Source: Lama guanicoe (lineage: Eukaryota). Taken from it: a DNA stretch of 64,000 nucleotides. Below are positions 39,037 through 53,156 of this stretch, one piece after another (position 1 is the stretch's first letter; each line of letters starts with the position of its first letter). The DNA is taken from NCBI GenBank assembly GCA_013239625.1, contig MU054323.1, forward strand, positions 19,861,082 through 19,925,081, read 5' to 3'. A model generated the notes under the pieces. That model did not search any database. It was not told where the DNA came from and was given only the letters and a program-made list of their open reading frames with translations. The position numbers were made by a program, and so were the translations under genes.

Positions 39037-42000
39037 TGTATGTGTATAGAATTTATATCAACATAGGATTCACGGTATATACTTTTTCACTAAAATTTAT
39101 ATCATGAACCTTTCTTAGTATCCTTAAACATTATTCAAGTACATAACAAATATATGATGAATGACGGTCTCTTAGTACCCTGTGGCATGATTATGCTGTG
39201 ATTTACTAATTCCAATTATTGGACTTCTTTTCGATTTTTCTCTTTTGTAAATAACATTGCAGTGAACATTCTTCCATATTCTTCTTTGCATATTAAAAAA
39301 TTATTTCTCAAGATAAGTTCTCAGAAATCTATTTTCTATGGCAAATAGTGTGAGCAGTTTTAGGCTTTTGATACAGACTGACAAATTGCCTGCCAGAAAC
39401 ATCGTACCCAGAAGGGCTCCATAACCACCATGCCCGCATCTTCATGGGGTGACGTGCACATCTGGGGGTGTGCATTTAAAGAGGCTAAATGTGACAGACA
39501 CAGGAAGGCATTTGCTCATTACCAAGAGATTTCACTAAGAAAATATGTCTCAATTTCCATGTCGAAAGAATTGCCTTTCTTGACCTCCACAGTAGTGTTT
39601 CTTTGGCAGGTCTGGCTGTGAGGAAACACTGACATTCCTTACAGAGAGAACTCTCTAGCTTCCCTCTGCTCTGAAAGCAAGGTGAAATAGTCCATCTTTT
39701 GGTGGCATGACTGAGGGAAAACCTTGTCTCTAACTCTCTCAAGCTTACCCCCACAAGCAGGTAGGCTGGCTCCAGGTAAATGCCTGCTATGTCATAACTT
39801 ACTTATGGGAACCATGATCTTACATATCACTATGGGGAATATTGATGGGAAAATGTGATGGGGGCACAGAGACCACATAGAGGACCAGGCTGACTTATCT
39901 AACGTTGTCCACTGGAACATAACGAATTTCAGGGGCGGAGTTGATGGCAGAGCCGTGAGAGGAACATGACAAATGGTGTGCTCACACCAGCTGTCCTGGC
40001 TCTCCCTTAAACGTGTTTCACAGTTCAAGGATAACCGTGGGCAGCTCTGAGCTGCCAGCACCCCAAGTGGGCAGGCACATATAAAGCACAGTCCACTCGG
40101 AAACATTTACCATGTTGCTAACCCTGCTCCCAAATGGGAGCAAACTGTTCTCTGCGAGCTGTTCAGTGTCTCTGACTTCATTAATTCCTCGGAGGCAGTT
40201 CTCTAGAAGTACCGTAGAGCTCTGTTCTGCACTTCCCACACTTGACATCACAAATCTTCCACTGAGCAGTTGTGAAAACTAAGCAGGAAGTTTAGCTGCA
40301 TCTCCTGAATCGTAACTAAATCCTGAAAGAACCTGGACTAGTGCTGCACATTTCCTTTTATTTGTTTTATCTGTTTGTTTTTAACAATACTGTTGCTGAC
40401 TACCAAAGAAATGCATATGCATTAGAGAGAGAGAAACAAGTCCAAAGAATAAGGTATAAATCGCCCATAATTCCAGAACCCACAGATTGCTGCTATTAAC
40501 ATTTTCGTAGACTTTTTTTCACGTTTTTTTGTTTGGTTAGGTTTTGGTTTTTTTAATTGAGTAGTTGATTTACAATCTTTTTCACTTTTTAATCCATAGA
40601 TCTATGTATGTACAATCATCTCTTTTGTAATCCTGAGATCATACAGTATTACTTTGTAATCTCTTTTTTTCTTCTTGTAGGTTGTTTCTGATTTTGCACC
40701 ATTAAAAGTAATATGGTGAGGAGACTTCTTGGTAGACAAATCTTTGTACTAGCTCTGATTATTTCCATTGGACTAATTCCTCAAAATGAAGTTGCTAAGT
40801 TAAAGGTGGTCAATTTTAGGGCTTTTGATAAATAGTACTAACGTGCCCTCCAGAAATGTTGACCAGTTTACACACCTATTAGCAATATGTAAACTACTTG
40901 TTTACCTGCCTCCTCACCTACACTAAATGTTTTTTTTCTTTTTAAGAAAGTTCCCAATTTGATTTCTGGCAAATAATGTCTCCTCATATTAATTTGTACT
41001 GCCTTTGAATCATTCTTGATCTTCTACAGAATTATTGGTGACTTGTGTTTCTTCCTTCAGGCAAGAAATGTACTTTGCCTACTCATGTACTTTGCCTACA
41101 TTCCTTGACCTGCCGTTGGGCCAGTGCAGTGAGCCTGGTTTTGTGCAGAACACTGGATGACCCAGACTGGCACTGATGAGAAGATGCCTTTCCCACACCT
41201 TTGTCCCCAGGAAGCCCCTGAGGCTCTTCCCACAGGGATGACTACTCACTCTTGGGCAAGAATGGCCCGCCTCACATCATGGATTATCTGTACAAGGTCA
41301 TGTCTCTCTGCACAGGCTGATGCAAAAATGCCACCATTTTGGAAAGAAGGTTTCAGGTCTGAGGTAATCTCATTCTCATTTTAGTTCATAGACTAACAGA
41401 TTCACAGATCTTCCCCAAACTTCAACTCTCACAGTTTCAGTTGAAGAGAAGTGGCCAGGGAAGCCTTATCCCAAAATGACCGTTTAGTTAAGTGCAAGTC
41501 CCCAGGACCCCAGCATGACAAACCCCTGTTGTGACTGCAAGGACTTTGATGGTGAGCTTCACTGGCCAATGCAACTGGAAATGCTCTGCATAATAGACCA
41601 TTCCCACCTTAATGATGTACTCAGTGTGGGCAAAACCAAGTTTTAGACTAGGAGGAGGGTGAGGAATGATACAAAATCTTTTTGACTATCTGTCTCGAAG
41701 CATGCACACACACATATGCACACATGCACTCAAATGCATTCTGTTTGCATGTACACGTACATAAAATTACTAAGAAAAGAAACTAAAGGGAATGACATGA
41801 TCAAAAGCAAATTATTCATTTTCTATTTCTTCTTATCTTTTCCCCCATATAATCAGACAGTCTAAAGGCAAATTGATACAGTAACACCCATACAGCTTAC
41901 TGCTCTGATGAACCTGTGACAGGCACTAAAAGACTCCTTCCCTGAAGTTTGCAGGCAAAAAGAAAAAAATGTTTCTTAAATTCATTGGAAAAGCTTTATG

Positions 42001-42839
42001 TGCTTCAATTACATCCGTGAAGAACCATAAAACAAGGATGAGAACCCTCCGGGTCTTTAATCTTACAATTATAGTCCAAATGTTGCATTGCACTTAAGAA
42101 CCACTTATGACTTCTTACATTTCTAGTTAAAATTTATCTTTTAAATGCTTGTTCTTTACTCAGACTTATGACATTTGGAGAAAGATTGAAAATGAAATAA
42201 ATCTTAACATTTTATGTTTCTTATTATTTAAATCAGAGGCCACGTTAACTTTATGCTTCTATAAGATTTCCTTACAAGGTCTTGATGCTGTATTTGGTCA
42301 TTTGGATATTAGATTTAAAATTTGGTGTTTTAAAGGACCATAGTGAATTTATAGAAATGTGCAATCAAGGTATTATCTAATGGGATATGTGAAATTAAGT
42401 TTACAGTTAATCAGACTTAGTTTTATCAGGTCACAATAGCTTACTGAGCTTCTACTGTGGTATGGGACAAAATAAATATGGGTGAGGAATATTTGACTTA
42501 ACTCTGTATGGAGTATAAATTAGTGAAAGAAAGAATGTTCTGAGAAAAACAAGAAATTAATAAGGACAAGAAGTTGTTCTCTAGGGAATGGCTGTTGTAT
42601 TAGCTTATAGAACAAACAAACTGAACAGTGGCGTCAGGAGGATAGTAGTATGAGGTGGGGGGAAAGCAGCTAGCAGGTGACTAGTGAGAGGCTAGGAAAT
42701 GATGCTCTCCAGCCCAAGGAGGAAGTGGGAGAGAGGACTTGGTAACCCTGGCTTGCAAGTAGACTTAGGTACCCCCAATTCTAAAAATGTGTGCCTTTAT
42801 CATACCTCAGCTCAAGTTAATTTTTCGCTTCTGCTCTTC

Positions 42840-42940
42840 TTTATTCATTCATTAAACAAATATTTATGGAGCACTTGCCATAAGCCAGGTACTCGTCTAG
42901 GAGCTGGGAACACAGCAGTAAACAAGACAGACAAGTCCTG
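42840..42940 (-). mobile_element. L2 3' end fragment
   Basis: ttcattcattaaacaaatatttatggagcacttgc...gccaggtact...ctaggagctgggaacacagcagtaaacaagacagacaagtcctg. Confidence 0.9.
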
Positions 42941-43509
42941 CCAAATTTCTTTAAACTCTAGCCTATATTTTCTCCTTCAGCTTTCACACCAGCCTCCCAG
43001 TCTTTCCTCCACTGCAACCTGATTTCTTTTTCCACCATCACAATAAAAACAGCTCTCTGAAGACCAATGATCTCCTAAACACTAGATCTAGTGCCCCTTT
43101 CTCAGTTCCCATCATCCTTGGTCTCTGCAGCATTTAATAGCATCTGATTTCCGTCAGTTTTTTAAAGTCTTGGCTCTGTGATATGACAGTGGCGTGATTT
43201 GCCTTCCATGGCTGTTACTGCTTCTTCCCTGACTCGTTCTCTTGCCTCCTAAATTTTGTTGGTCCCTCCATTTCTGCACATTGCTCACTTCCATTTTTTC
43301 TCTCTCTTTCTCTCAAAACTTTTCCTTTGATAATTTTTCGTGGCCTAAATCCTTGGCTCTGTTTAGAAGTATCCTAAATCTATATTCGCAGACCCAACCG
43401 TCTCCTAAGCTGGAATCTCACATTTTTAAACCATGCGCTGGATGCTTCCTTCTGGGCATTTGCTCGTGATGCCCACGCCGTCCGTTTTAAAACTGAAGGC
43501 AGTGTTTTT

Positions 43510-43970
43510 ACAACACAAGGTTCTCAACTGCAAACAAAGGAAACCACTCTGGCTAACTCACGCAGAAAATGAATGCACTGGGAGGATATCAGGTAGCTCA
43601 CTGGGTTGACAGGGAAGCCAGAGGACCAAGCATGGAAAATGGGCAGGAACCCAGGCAGTCCAGGGCACAGGAAGCACAGCCAAGTTCACTCCATAGGAGG
43701 AGCCTGTTGAGGACGCTGCCTTGCAGCTGGCTGTCCCCTCTTCCTTTCCCTGCACACGATCAGAGCTGCTCTTCGATTTCTCAACCACCTTCCAGCGCAT
43801 TCCCTAACTGCTGATTTTTGTGTTATTCCCCCAGATTAAAATACCTGGGCTGGGGCTTCCAGTTGGTCTAGGTCATGTGCCTGGACTCCAGCTGCCAAAG
43901 AGGACTCTTGATTCCCTTCAGCTTCCCACAGAAAGAAAGGGTATCTAACACAGGCCAACCAAAAAATGAC
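43510..43970 (-). mobile_element. Old MLT1-like LTR remnant
   Basis: ggttctcaactgcaaacaaaggaaaccactctggctaact...ttggtctaggtcatgtgcct. Confidence 0.6.
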
Positions 43971-44058
43971 AATTAATCACTATATTTTCTTTTCTCTTTA
44001 AATTCCCATTTGCATTTAATGCCACTCTCTCCATTCCTGGGAGCTGAACTTGGATGAC

Positions 44059-44185
44059 TTTTTTTTTTTTTGTCTGAGAGAGAAGGTAATTAGGTTTATT
44101 TGTTTTTTAACAGAGGTACTGGGGCTTGAACCTAGGACCTCATGCATGCTAGACACACACTCTGCCACTGAGCTATACCCTCCCC
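44059..44185 (-). mobile_element. Camelid-type tRNA-derived SINE
   Basis: Reverse complement reads ggggagggtatagctcagtgg (A box)...ggttcaagccc (B box)...aataaacctaattacc + poly-A. Confidence 0.9.
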
Positions 44186-46897
44186 TGGGGGTACTTCTTC
44201 TGCTTCTTCTCCTTCAGCTTCTGAGGCAATTTGTCATCCAGGTTTGCAAGGATGTGTTTGTTCATTCATTTGTTGTGTTCCTTCACACTGTTTTCTTCTT
44301 GGACCTTTATGCAGTTCCTGCACGCCTGTTCCAGCCTCTGAATTGCATCCTTCACTTCCAGTGCCTCCTCCAGTTTATCCACGCACAGGTTAGTTTTTCT
44401 ATAGCAACACATTGATCTTATCCTCTGCTGCGAAGACTACAATGTAGACGTCTCAGCCTGGCATTCAAGGATCTCCACAATAGAGTTCCAATGAGACTAT
44501 GAGGCGACCTGGTCCAGCAAAAAGAGCTTGGCCTTCAGATGTGGATTGATATGGGTTCAAACTCTGATATTCCCCCTTTCAAGTTATATATTCTTGAGAC
44601 TTATTTTCCTGATCTGAAAAATGGGTATAATAAAATCTATCCATGGCATTTGTGAATCAGCTCTTTGAAGGTTGGAATGGTGTTGTGAGTTACAACATCC
44701 ACTCACAGATGCTTATAATGAACAGGATTCAATTACAGACCTGTCTGGTTCAAAACTTTTAAGTAAGGTTGTCATCAATGTGGTTTTAAGGCGGGTTAGG
44801 ATCAGTATGCTACATGTTTTGGGGGCTAAGTGGAAATCTAACCATCATTTATAGCATTGTTCCTAATTTCAAACAGCTGACTTGCAGATGACCTTTTGGA
44901 AATATTTTATTTGCAAGTAGAGAACTTCCTGTGTTATTAATTTTGAGAGTTGAATTTCCCTGATTGGCTGCTTTCCACTATAACATTGCTATTTAAAAGT
45001 ATTTCCCTGCAGAATTTCGATTTTGTGAGAGGCTGCTATGAATTCCTTATGGGGAAAAAGTACATAGTTATGGTGGACAGATGAAAATTATTAGCTATTA
45101 TTAAGGCTTACCCAGCATCCTGTAAATGTGATGAAGCCCTAGCACATAGAAAGAAACTTTAAAGTTGGTTCCACAATCTCTACATGTCTAAGCCCCACTT
45201 TGTGGCGTAAATTCTGGGTCAGCCCTGGGAAAACCCAGCTCTGCAGCCCAGGCTGGGTCTCTTCTCTCTGCTAGTCAGTCATGAATGACACCATCAGAGC
45301 TACCAAAATTAACCTCAGTTGGAATTCACACACTCACGCACTCATGCATCCACTCAGCAATTCCCCCTCAGTGAGGCGTGTTTGGTGAGCCCCACAATAT
45401 AGATTTCAATCTCATAAGCTCTTGCCAAGAATTTACAGCACTGCTAATTGCTTGATTTTTTTTTCCCCTGAGGTCAGTAAGACTTCAGGTGAAAGATAAC
45501 AATCGTGCCAAGATCAGTAAAAGTTATTTCATAAGCATGATATTTTAAACCAGTCTCTGCAGATACAGTTTGTGGGTGAGTATGTGAATTAATGTGCACT
45601 GCAATGCATTTTTTGACTCTCTAATGGTTTTTAAAATTAACACTTGTTAATGATATGATTAAAATCATGTATGTAAAAGTGAAATCCCCTGTATCTGTCC
45701 CTACATTTTCCTTCCCCCACTCAATTTCACCTCCCAGAGGCAACTACTTTTTAACACGTGGGGGTACATCCTCCTACACTTTTTTTTCTCTTGAAATAAT
45801 TTTAAAGTTATCCCTAGGCATTCTTTATGGTTAGAAGCTAAAACAACACTGCCATTTAGCCTCTTACAGATCTTGGAACTCTTTCATACACTGCTTATGT
45901 TGAACATATTATAAAAACAAAGAACTAAAAGAACCCTTTTTTTCCCCTGCTCAGATATTGTTAATTTCTGATTTTGAAGGCCAAAGAAAAACATTTTTTT
46001 CCTCTCATGCTTATGTTTATGCTGACTATAGGTTTATATAATCTACACAATTCCATGACCATACAGTTTAGTTTTAAAAATAGCATAAAGACAATGAAAT
46101 AAAAGGAGCAGAAAGCCCAGCATTCTTTAAAAAAAAGAACAACCCCCAAAACCTTAGTTACTCTTGACATCACTTTAAAAATGTCTGAGGGAGAGAATGT
46201 CAAGAAGCCAAAAAGCATTTCTAGTTCTTTTCAAGGTCATCTAGGTAATGAGAGCAAAACAAAGAAATCAGTATAGGAATCTTTTCTTTTTCGTCAAATC
46301 TTAGATCAAGGCTTTGACAATAGGTGTTGTGTTGTGTGCCTTCACAAGTATTCTGAAGCCCCTTCCAAAATCACCTCATTTTGACATAGAAGGGAAGGTA
46401 ACCAAACAGAGAGTCAAGATTCTGTATATGAAGAAAATATTTTTAATTTTTATTATTTGATAGCTACACTAAGCCTTTCACAATAATTAGGCTCCCTAAA
46501 AATTCTGCATATTTTAACATCTGCACTTGCACTTAAAGGGCTGAAAATAAGGGGTAAGGGGAGTTCTGTATTGAAAATAATCTAAAGAGAAATCCTTTGT
46601 TAGAGCAAAGAATCCAAATCACTACCCAGGAATTGGTAACTGTTTAGTATATTGAGGTTTTTATGTGTCTTGGATGATAATGTGCAGCTGTGTTTTCATT
46701 TTAAGGGATTTATGTTTAATCTTCCATTTTGTTATGGTAGTATCAGAGAGTTCGCCAGATCTAATTTGATCAATACAAAACAGAAAAATTAATACTGGCT
46801 TCTTAAAAACAGTTAGGCATTGGTTGTTGAAATAGTGTATTCAAATTGACTAGTTTTCAGAGTTCTTCTATGTTTGGTCAATACTTAGTGAACATTC

Positions 46898-47181
46898 GAG
46901 GAGGGAGTGGGAACAGACAGACTGGGAGTTCAAAATTTGTAGATACTGACAGGCATATGTAGACTAGATAAACAAGATTATACCGTATAGCACAGGGAAA
47001 TATATAAAAGATCTTGTGGCAGCTCACAGCGAAAAAAAAAGTGACAATGAATATATGTATGTTCATGTATAACTGAAAAACTGTGCTCTGCACTGGAATT
47101 CGACATGGCATTGTAAAGTGACTATAACACAATAAAAAATGTTAAAAATAAATAAATAAAAGCAAAAGCTAAAACAAAAAA
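46898..47181 (+). mobile_element. 5'-truncated L1 3' end with A-rich tail and 15-bp TSD
   Basis: TSD acttagtgaacattc (46883-46897) / acttagtaaacgttc (47182-47196); L1 3'UTR body with aataaa. Confidence 0.92.
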
Positions 47182-47271
47182 ACTTAGTAAACGTTCAACT
47201 GCTCTGTAATAGGCACTCAGGGTATCCTGGTGAGTGAAAACAGACACAAAGCAAGCCCACTTTCAATAGTA

Positions 47272-47520
47272 ACAGCAGCTAATACTTACCGAGTACTTAC
47301 AACATACAGGGCTCTGTGCTAAGGCTTTATGTGTATCATCTTACTGCACCCCCTCAGCGACTCTAGAAGGAGAAATAGTACTATTCTTATTTTACAGGTG
47401 AAAAAACTGAGGCACAGCGAAATTGGTAATTTGTCCAATGTTACATAGCCAGTAAGTGGTGAAGCTGAGATTTTAATCTAGGCAGTATGACCCCAGAGTC
47501 TACATCTTAATCACTGGGAT
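47272..47520 (-). mobile_element. MIR SINE
   Basis: attttacaggtgaaaaaactgaggcacag...agtaagtggtgaagctgagattttaatctaggcagt. Confidence 0.9.
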
Positions 47521-47659
47521 GCTCTACGTCTCCTATTTGCTAAAAGCTCTTCTTGTAGTATACAACCTAATGGGTGAGACACTAACTGAATAATCAATTT
47601 CAGTAAGTGAAAAATTACAACTCTGATAAGTGCTATGGAAAGGAATATGCGAGAAACTC

Positions 47660-48990
47660 AGATTCATTGTCACCAAAATGTTTCTCTTTTCCTTATGGTT
47701 ACACAGACTATATTTCGTAGCCTCCCTTGCAGTTAAGTGTGGTCATGCAATTAATTCTGGACCATGAAATGGGAATGAAAGTGAGACATGCACTTCCATG
47801 TCTGGATCATAAAATCTTCCTGATTTTTCCTCCTTTTCTTCTATCATCATCCCTATTTGCTGGCTGAAAAGGGTGGACTCCAAGATAGACAAAGCCTGGA
47901 TCCCTGAATGACTTTATGGAGCAGCATCCCTGATAATTTGTATTGGATGGTGGTAAGAGTGAAAAAAAATTATTATATTAAGCCAACTGAAATTTTGGGA
48001 TTGTTTTTAATACCAGTCTGCCTATCTTGACTAATACAGAAGATGGAGCCTTGAAGTTGAATGCTGCTCTAAGGAAAAAAAAAAACCTAAAACATGTGAC
48101 CTTGAATTTGCAGTTTGGTCAGGGATGGTGTGGAAACAGATATTGGAAGTTGGAATACTGGAGAGTTCTATTATGTCACAGCAAAAGCTTTGCTACAACT
48201 GTTGCTTGTGACAACTTAGAAGGTGGCACACTACTTGCCTAGTAAGCCTATAGCTCTAGAAGAAGGTTCTGGGAAGAGAGTGATAGTGTGTGTTGGCTAC
48301 TCTTTACTAATTTTAGTAAAGCATTACAAGAAATGAAAAAGCTCAAGCAAGAACTGGCTAGTTTGTAAGCAGAAGTAAAAGAGTTAGAAGTCCAGAAATT
48401 TGGGGGATAAAAGATTAGAAAGCTGACTACTTTGGGACACTGAGAGATGAAACAAAATATTAAAAACCTTTGAGTAACAAAGGTCCAGTTAGACCCAGAC
48501 TCGCAGAAGAGCTCTAATTAAGAGTATGGTCTTCTGAGGAACTGAGGAAAGAAAGCAAAGACATAATCATGTATAGGAAAGAACCTTGGGTGTGGTTATT
48601 GGCACATGTTCCTACTGGAAGCAAACAGATTAAAAACCTACCAAGTTTTTGATGGAATTATGTTCTCAAAGAACTCCTTTGATTATTTGGGTTGAAAGTA
48701 ACCTTTGGATCCCATATTTGCACTAGTAGGAAGTGAGCTGAGCAGCCTATAAGGAAGGTATATTCCCCAACACCCTCTTCTTGTTGAACAGCAAAGCCAG
48801 GGGTCATGGAGTACAGTGGGTAAGGGAGTTCCTTGGAAAGAAGGGTAGTATTTAAGCAAAGAACTTTCTTTACCTTTCGTAATACCTATCCTAGCAGAAG
48901 TCTGGAATTGCTGTGTATAAGTGACTGCTGTTTTTCTCCTCCAATTTGTCCTATTTTTAAATGAACATTTATTTCATTTTTCCTGTCCTT
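47660..48990 (+). mobile_element. MLT1 LTR (to about 48038) plus adjoining MaLR internal sequence
   Basis: gactatatttcgtagcctcccttgcagttaagtgtggtcatg...gactaataca LTR end, followed by MLT-int-like sequence. Confidence 0.7.
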
Positions 48991-49076
48991 TTTGTTTGTT
49001 TTTAATAAACTTTTGGTTGACTTTACTAGTTAAGATGATCACAGATTACTTTTGCAAAAATAAAAGTAACTAACAC

Positions 49077-50535
49077 AGAGGCAGATTTATCATGAAGTGA
49101 ATGAAACTAAAGTTCTAGGAGAATCTTCCCTGGCTCTAGGAAAGTGTCTTTCCACTACAATCTCCTCTTTATCACATTTCCCTTTATGTCAGATGGTGTT
49201 GGAGGGACCCTGGATATTTTGGGTATCTGGCTAAGGGAAAGCTGAGTTGGGGATACACTTAATTTTAGGCTTAATGAAACATACTTACATGGGCTACGGT
49301 CACTTAATTAAGTTATTGCTGGCTGTCTTTGTCTAGCAACAGATTCCAGGAATATTCCTATGACCCTCTGCACTGATTCACCTGGCATCCTGTCATGGAG
49401 GTACAGAGCTAGAGGTCATAACGTGATATGAACACATGGCTGGCACTGGAAGTAAGTGGGTAGTATGGGAGACAGAGAGTTGGAAACATCAAGAGCCAGA
49501 AGCTAGTCTAGAGAAGACTCTTCTAATCATCAGTCATGTATAACTGTAAGTAGAGAATTTGGTCCTCATTGGTATCAAACCAAAATGGAAGTTCTCTCCT
49601 GTCAGGAATATACTCAGTAATGCAGTGTGTATAATTTGGGGGGGGCAGTTTATTCTTGTAGCTTATTTTATTTTTTCCCTTTTTAATTGAAGTATAGTTG
49701 ATTTACAATGTTGTATTGGTTTCTGATGTACAGCATAGTGATTCAGCTATACACACACACACATATATATATATATACACATATTCTTTATCATTACAGG
49801 TTACTACAAGCCATTGAATATAATTCCCTGTGCTATACAGGAGGACTTTGTTGTTTATTTACTCTGTACACAATAGTTTGTATCTGCCAAACTCCCAGTT
49901 TATCCCTCAGTGGGTATAATTTTAAATTCATCATACATTTTGTTTCTATTCTTTTTTTAAGTGGGAATCACATGAAATGGGATTAATCAAAATTCCTGAA
50001 ACAATATTACCAACAGATTGTATGATATGTGTGAAGTGGTTTTTTATGCATCCCAGCTATCGTAATAAAGACAAATGTGATCAATCATGCTAGAGGAAAA
50101 ACTAAATTATCTATTGTTCTCATAATTAAAAAGTTATTTAAAAAATTACTGTCATATTCATAGCACTGATCCCATAGGCTTGCTGTGACATTGAAATGGG
50201 GTTAGGCATACAAAGTACCTGGGTACAAAACTTGTCAAATAGCAGGATGCCAGTAAATGATATTTACTAAGCCAAAAAAAAAAAAAATTGAGGTAATCAA
50301 AGAATATGCAGCCAAGAAATTTAGGAAAAAAAGTATTGAAGTTATGTTGGATATTTAATTAAATGTCGTATTTCTCAATTTTGTAATGTTTATAGTATTT
50401 AAACTTGTAAAATGAGTAATCTGTTGTGACTCCTTTTTTTAGTCTAAATAAATATACATTTAATCTAATTCTGTATTTGTAATTTTTGTATTAGTTTGTA
50501 TTTAAAGGGCCCCACAAAATGTGGATCCTTCTCTC
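49077..50535 (+). mobile_element. hAT-Tip100-class (Zaphod/MER115-like) remnant carrying nested L1 tail (about 49670-49910) and MIR (about 50165-50270) fragments
   Basis: Termini cagaggcagatttatcatgaagtgaatgaa... and ...aaagggccccacaaaatgtggatcc resemble the recalled family ends. Confidence 0.55.
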
Positions 50536-50639
50536 ATATTATATGTATACATATGTATATTTTCAAATATACATACGTATGCTGTATGTCAATTATATCT
50601 CAGTAAAACTGGAAGAAAAACATAAGGATCACATTCTTC

Positions 50640-51265
50640 TTAAAAAAATTTTGGCAGTTTCTTAAAAAGCTAAATGTACAGCTACCATACAAGCAAATTA
50701 TCCAATTCCTGGGTATGTATCCCAGAGAAATGAAAAGTAATGTTCAGAAAAAATACTTGTACATTAACATTTATAGCAACCTTAAACATAGTAGCACCAA
50801 ACTGGAAACAACCCAAACGTCCTTCAGCAGGTGAATGGTCAGTGATAATTCAGACCATGGAATACTTTTCAGCAATAAAAAGAACAACTATTACTACTCA
50901 CAATGACAGGGATGAATCTCCACAGAATTATGCTGAGTGGAAAAAGCCAGTCCCAAATTGTTACACATAATATGATTCCACTGTATTTATAAAAATGGAA
51001 TACAGATTAGTGGTTGCCAGGAGTGAAGGAGGGGGTGGTATCAGGAGGAAAATGGGTGTGTCTATAAAAGACAACTTGAGGGATCCTTGTGTTCATGGAA
51101 ATGATGGAATGTTTTGTATCTTTGTATCAATGTCAATATCCTGGTTGTGATATTATACTATAGTTTTGTAAGACATTACTATTGGGAGGAACCTGGGTGA
51201 AGGGTATTTCTAACAAATACATATGAACCTATAATTATTTCAAAATAAAAAGTTTAACTTAAAAA
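50640..51265 (+). mobile_element. L1 (L1MC/MD-like) ORF2 end and 3'UTR
   Basis: ORF 50740-50970 TFIATLNIVAPNWKQPKRPSAGEW...MEYFSAIK (degraded ORF2 C-terminus); ends aaataaaaagtttaacttaaaaa. Confidence 0.88.
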
Positions 51266-51965
51266 TACATCCACATATATCAATGCAAGTTCTTATTCCT
51301 TTAACTGACCTCAGGCGAAGAGTTATGCATGCTGTCACTGAAGAGCAGCTGTTAGAACTGAGGACATCTCAAATATTAAGGGATTAAACTTGATAGAAAC
51401 TCACAGATATGAAAATGTCCATTGCAAAGGAAACAATGGGTAAATAATTTAATTTTGAAGGAGGAAACTTTAGACACCATTTTGTCTGTAACTTGAATTT
51501 ATCTTGGCTGCCTTACGACCAGTCTCTACATAGTATGGTATTCAGAAGACACATGGGTCTGATATCCAAAAAAGAAGTTTAAAATATTTTAGATTTTTAG
51601 GGAATATTTTTAAAGAGGCACTAAAGTATATTGCAAGACAGTGATAAAATGTTAACAGTCCTTTCAACCATCTAATTCCTCCAAGTCCCTCTCATTATGA
51701 CAGTTGCTGCTTCATTTTTCTCATCTTCTTCCGTTTCTCTCCTTCTCCTGCAACTCTGTCTAGAATGACTCATACATTTTTGTAACTCAGCTTTTTGATT
51801 GTATTGATCAACTTAGTTCCTGGGCACCTTACATTTCTCCTGTTACTATTATCCTGATCCACACAACTCTGTCCCAGGAAGGACTTGGGAAAACACTGAA
51901 ATGTCTTTAGAAGGATGGAGAATAGAGGTGGGTGGGGAAGGGAGGAGGAAGAGGAAGTCTGTGTA

Positions 51966-52441
51966 TACTTACAAGTTTCCGAAAAAGGAAAATAAGAATT
52001 ACCTCAGTTCATAGTCACCCCCCAAAAAAAGAACTTTTGACGAGAGACAAAAAGCATGATATAAGCAAGATTTTTATTAGTGAAGTAAAAAAAATAGTGA
52101 AAGATGGTACCCTCCGGAGAATCGAGAATCGAGAGCGGGCCAATCCAACAGAGGAAAAATGGCGCCGTTTCTTTGTTTCTCCTGTTTTTATATCCTGGTT
52201 TCGTGATTGATTGACTGATTGACAACTCAGCTTCCCTGCGCTCTGGCATGCCACTCCGCTTTTGGGTAGGTTCATTGGGTCAAGTTATACCAGGGCCCCC
52301 TCGCAGGCACAGCTGCAGCTCTTTGATTTTAACTGACTTCTTTTACTGACCCTCATTTAGAGAAAGTAAAAATTTCTGAATTGTTCCTTTCCCTGTCCTC
52401 TCCCCCTGCCCAGTGTTCATGTCTATCTAAACTACCTAATA
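51966..52441 (-). mobile_element. Probable ERV1-like solo LTR oriented away from EML4
   Basis: On the minus strand: CCAAT (52274-52278), TATAAAAA (52185-52192), GGCGCCATTTT about 26 nt further on (52156-52166), AATAAA (52073-52078); about 475 bp, LTR-like termini. Confidence 0.6.
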
Positions 52442-53156
52442 ATATGATCTGCCCTGTAAGGGGTCAATACACATCCCTGGTGGAAATAACCCCAAGGCGA
52501 GTAAGGAAGTCTGGGTTCTAGCTCTGCTTCTACCAGGTTCCATGACTTTGAGCAGGTCATGTCTGTCTTTTCTATGGCTCAGTATGCCCCCTGAAGGGGA
52601 GGCAAGATCAACTCTTAGATCCTATCCAGCAGTAACATTCCTTGCTTCTGGTCTGTCTTGGGCCCTGCGGCTGTGGCAGTGGTGGCCTTGAGCTAGCCAA
52701 GAAGACTTTCCCTCGTTTCTCCCTCACTCTACTGGGGCAAAGGGATATCCCAGAAGTACGGATTCTTCCCTGAAACTGGTTGCCTCTTTAGTGTCCTTCT
52801 AAAACACAAGGGTGACCATCTCCTGTCTGGGGGCTCCGATGCACCTCCTCGGATTCCCCAGGGGCTGCAGGATAGAGTCCCTAGACTCTGCTGAGGATCC
52901 TAGGCCGAAAGTAACGCCTGATGCCCACACATTTCGGAATCAGTTTCAGGACTCAAGTCCCAGGCCCTCAGCAGGCCCACCGCGCAAGCGCAGCCTCCCG
53001 CCCTGGCGAAGGGGGCGGAATCCGAGGCGGAGGCAAGGTGAGAGGGAAGAGTAGGGAAAACCCCGCCTCCGGATCATCACGTGGGAGGCGGAGTCGGAAG
53101 CGTGACGGCGTGCGCGGGGGCGGGGCTACCGCTGCGCGCGGGCGCGGGGGCGGGGC

